Origin: Candidatus Aenigmatarchaeota archaeon
GTDB taxonomy: Archaea > Aenigmatarchaeota > Aenigmatarchaeia > QMZP01 > QMZT01
Reading direction: 5' to 3'
Assembly (NCBI GenBank): GCA_041489155.1
Contig: JBGPQP010000013.1
Location: forward strand, 1-24,855
DNA length: 24,855 nucleotides
Shown here: in pieces, positions 24,701 to 24,855 of the stretch
Position numbering within the stretch: position 1 is the first letter of the stretch
Layout of the letters: each line of letters starts with the position of its first letter
Translations under genes and position numbers: made by a program
The notes under the pieces: model-generated
Told to the model about the DNA's origin: nothing
The model's input: only the letters and a program-made list of their open reading frames with translations
Databases searched by the model: none

Positions 24701-24855
24701 ACGGCTTCGAACAATGCGAGCTGCCGAGTACGGTGAATAACGCGTATTGCATCCAGACGACCAGCCAGTGCAGCGGCACCAAGCTTGGAACGAGGGACGC
24801 CTTGGGGAACTGTGGAGCTTCGTGTGGTTGCGTGTATGACCCGTTCACGTATGCG
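21784..24855 (+). CDS. Large secreted/anchored protein (>=1024 aa, 3' end outside window): Ig-like domains, DUF3494 ice-binding domain, Cys-rich repeats
   Basis: SD GAGGTGA, then ATG 21784 MLKGILNKGFVKYSLGLAILILCVFSLIMYV; the frame is open to 24855. VDLGTAGNFAILSKSGIT...TLAPGVYKWSTDV...VWIFQIAG...AQAKNIFWVV...LNGRALAQKDVTL is a typical DUF3494 sequence. CGDG/CGNG-x5-EQCE motifs follow. Confidence 0.93.
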   Translation, partial: MLKGILNKGFVKYSLGLAILILCVFSLIMYVRPTSGKISDTGLMTGNGDNGKHNGIEVLDFYENGIEPQAPPQNNNDNENSGSDSGSSSGSYGSFASSFGGSSGGGETVQSTIEITKVIEGPYYGQCPPNAPTDVCYLDGVTNIIVNTNDPDPTGTCEWGYYLDDNYQQFFGWYATFPVHFPEETKHELRIRCWDALGNPMPEDVEVFYVDKTPPTTTKTYGQPLVETPTGGYPKWITSQTPIMLTVDDTGPHKSGIKETMYRITLMQGNESCLSNDVCQQQQTGGGVDLGTAGNFAILSKSGITNVPTSAITGDVGTSPITGAAITGLECPEVNGTIYTVDDAGPSCKVIDPVLLTAAVSDMGAAYTNLSGRTPDYTELGAGNIGGMTLAPGVYKWSTDVTIPTDVTLSGGPNDVWIFQIAGTLSISSDKKVILSGDAQAKNIFWVVAGTTTLGTTSVFNGNILGGSGASTIALLNGATLNGRALAQKDVTLIANTVSLPPVGGQFNIYLSPFQIQQESCHMIEYYSVDNVNKTEIIKRQCVFVDNTLTSYCGDGAVNAGEQCELPNTYNNTYCIQNTSQCQPSGRKLGTRDAYGNCDGSCGCTNDPFVYNCVKDVCGAECDLNSGCPDYCDGSVKHTGRTCGWCSTCLCTNGTAFNCNSLDAWYNTTETKWVSTGECTEKEQKKQEYRDYNCGTSPAVDCYYNVTQTNWVDTGQNRNKPDGTSCNDGFWCRDNDVCTAGVCNGATKNCSQYNIPMVARCDNVPDANSYTWDYGAGFVSVCDEEHDRCTTGEQNLTHTCSVLNCSAQCDATHGCANSTCSQTYNDYCNTTKLVEYDSDKVKDSTTVNGSCQNSCRSNCTCTNCTASCSPPPTNTYCVKGVCDASCAVNSDCTCQQDGCVGKDYYDYPSQGACTNGCSCDQGSCTPSISYNDPRCSHKVCDYQLQACSLVEGAGTNQCSTWQDCQFCGNGVVDGFEQCELPSTVNNAYCIQTTSQCSGTKLGTRDALGNCGASCGCVYDPFTYA

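Noticed and set aside
21762..24848. Many short ORFs including the 224-aa minus-strand ORF 23548-24222
   Set aside because: Shadows of the uninterrupted plus-strand ORF starting at 21784.
1..24855. CRISPR array, diversity-generating retroelement or alternative genetic code
   Set aside because: No spaced identical repeats, reverse transcriptase or adenine-variant template pair were seen; long ORFs read through in the standard code.

Overview
Archaeal chromosomal segment. TATA/BRE-type promoters, an intron-containing tRNA-Trp, archaeal Pth2 and class III signal-peptide pilins all point to an archaeon; a DPANN-type lineage is my inference. The window is dominated by cell-surface genes. The two most informative genes are missing from the supplied ORF track because they run off the window edges. 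(1) A giant minus-strand ORF (11580 to <1, at least 3860 codons) in which an N-terminal winged helix-turn-helix domain is fused in frame, through one hydrophobic helix, to a huge sequon-rich beta-propeller/Ig-repeat ectodomain. It faces a divergent coiled-coil+wHTH gene across a 140-bp spacer holding two TATA-like boxes and two related palindromes. This is the best candidate for an undescribed system: a membrane-tethered regulator built into the giant surface protein it may control. (2) A plus-strand ORF (21784 to >24855, at least 1024 codons) with an ice-binding DUF3494 domain inserted inside an Ig-like domain, followed by Cys-rich repeats. Between them lie a 1384-aa LamG/Ig membrane protein with a duplicated C-terminal module, tRNA-Arg(GCG), tRNA-Trp(CCA) with a 72-nt box C/D-like intron, a degenerate M23-like lipoprotein, three pilin-like genes interrupted by an SdpI-family gene, two small hypotheticals, pth2 and a wHTH/Cys-motif protein. 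All family assignments are by-eye motif recognition, not database searches.
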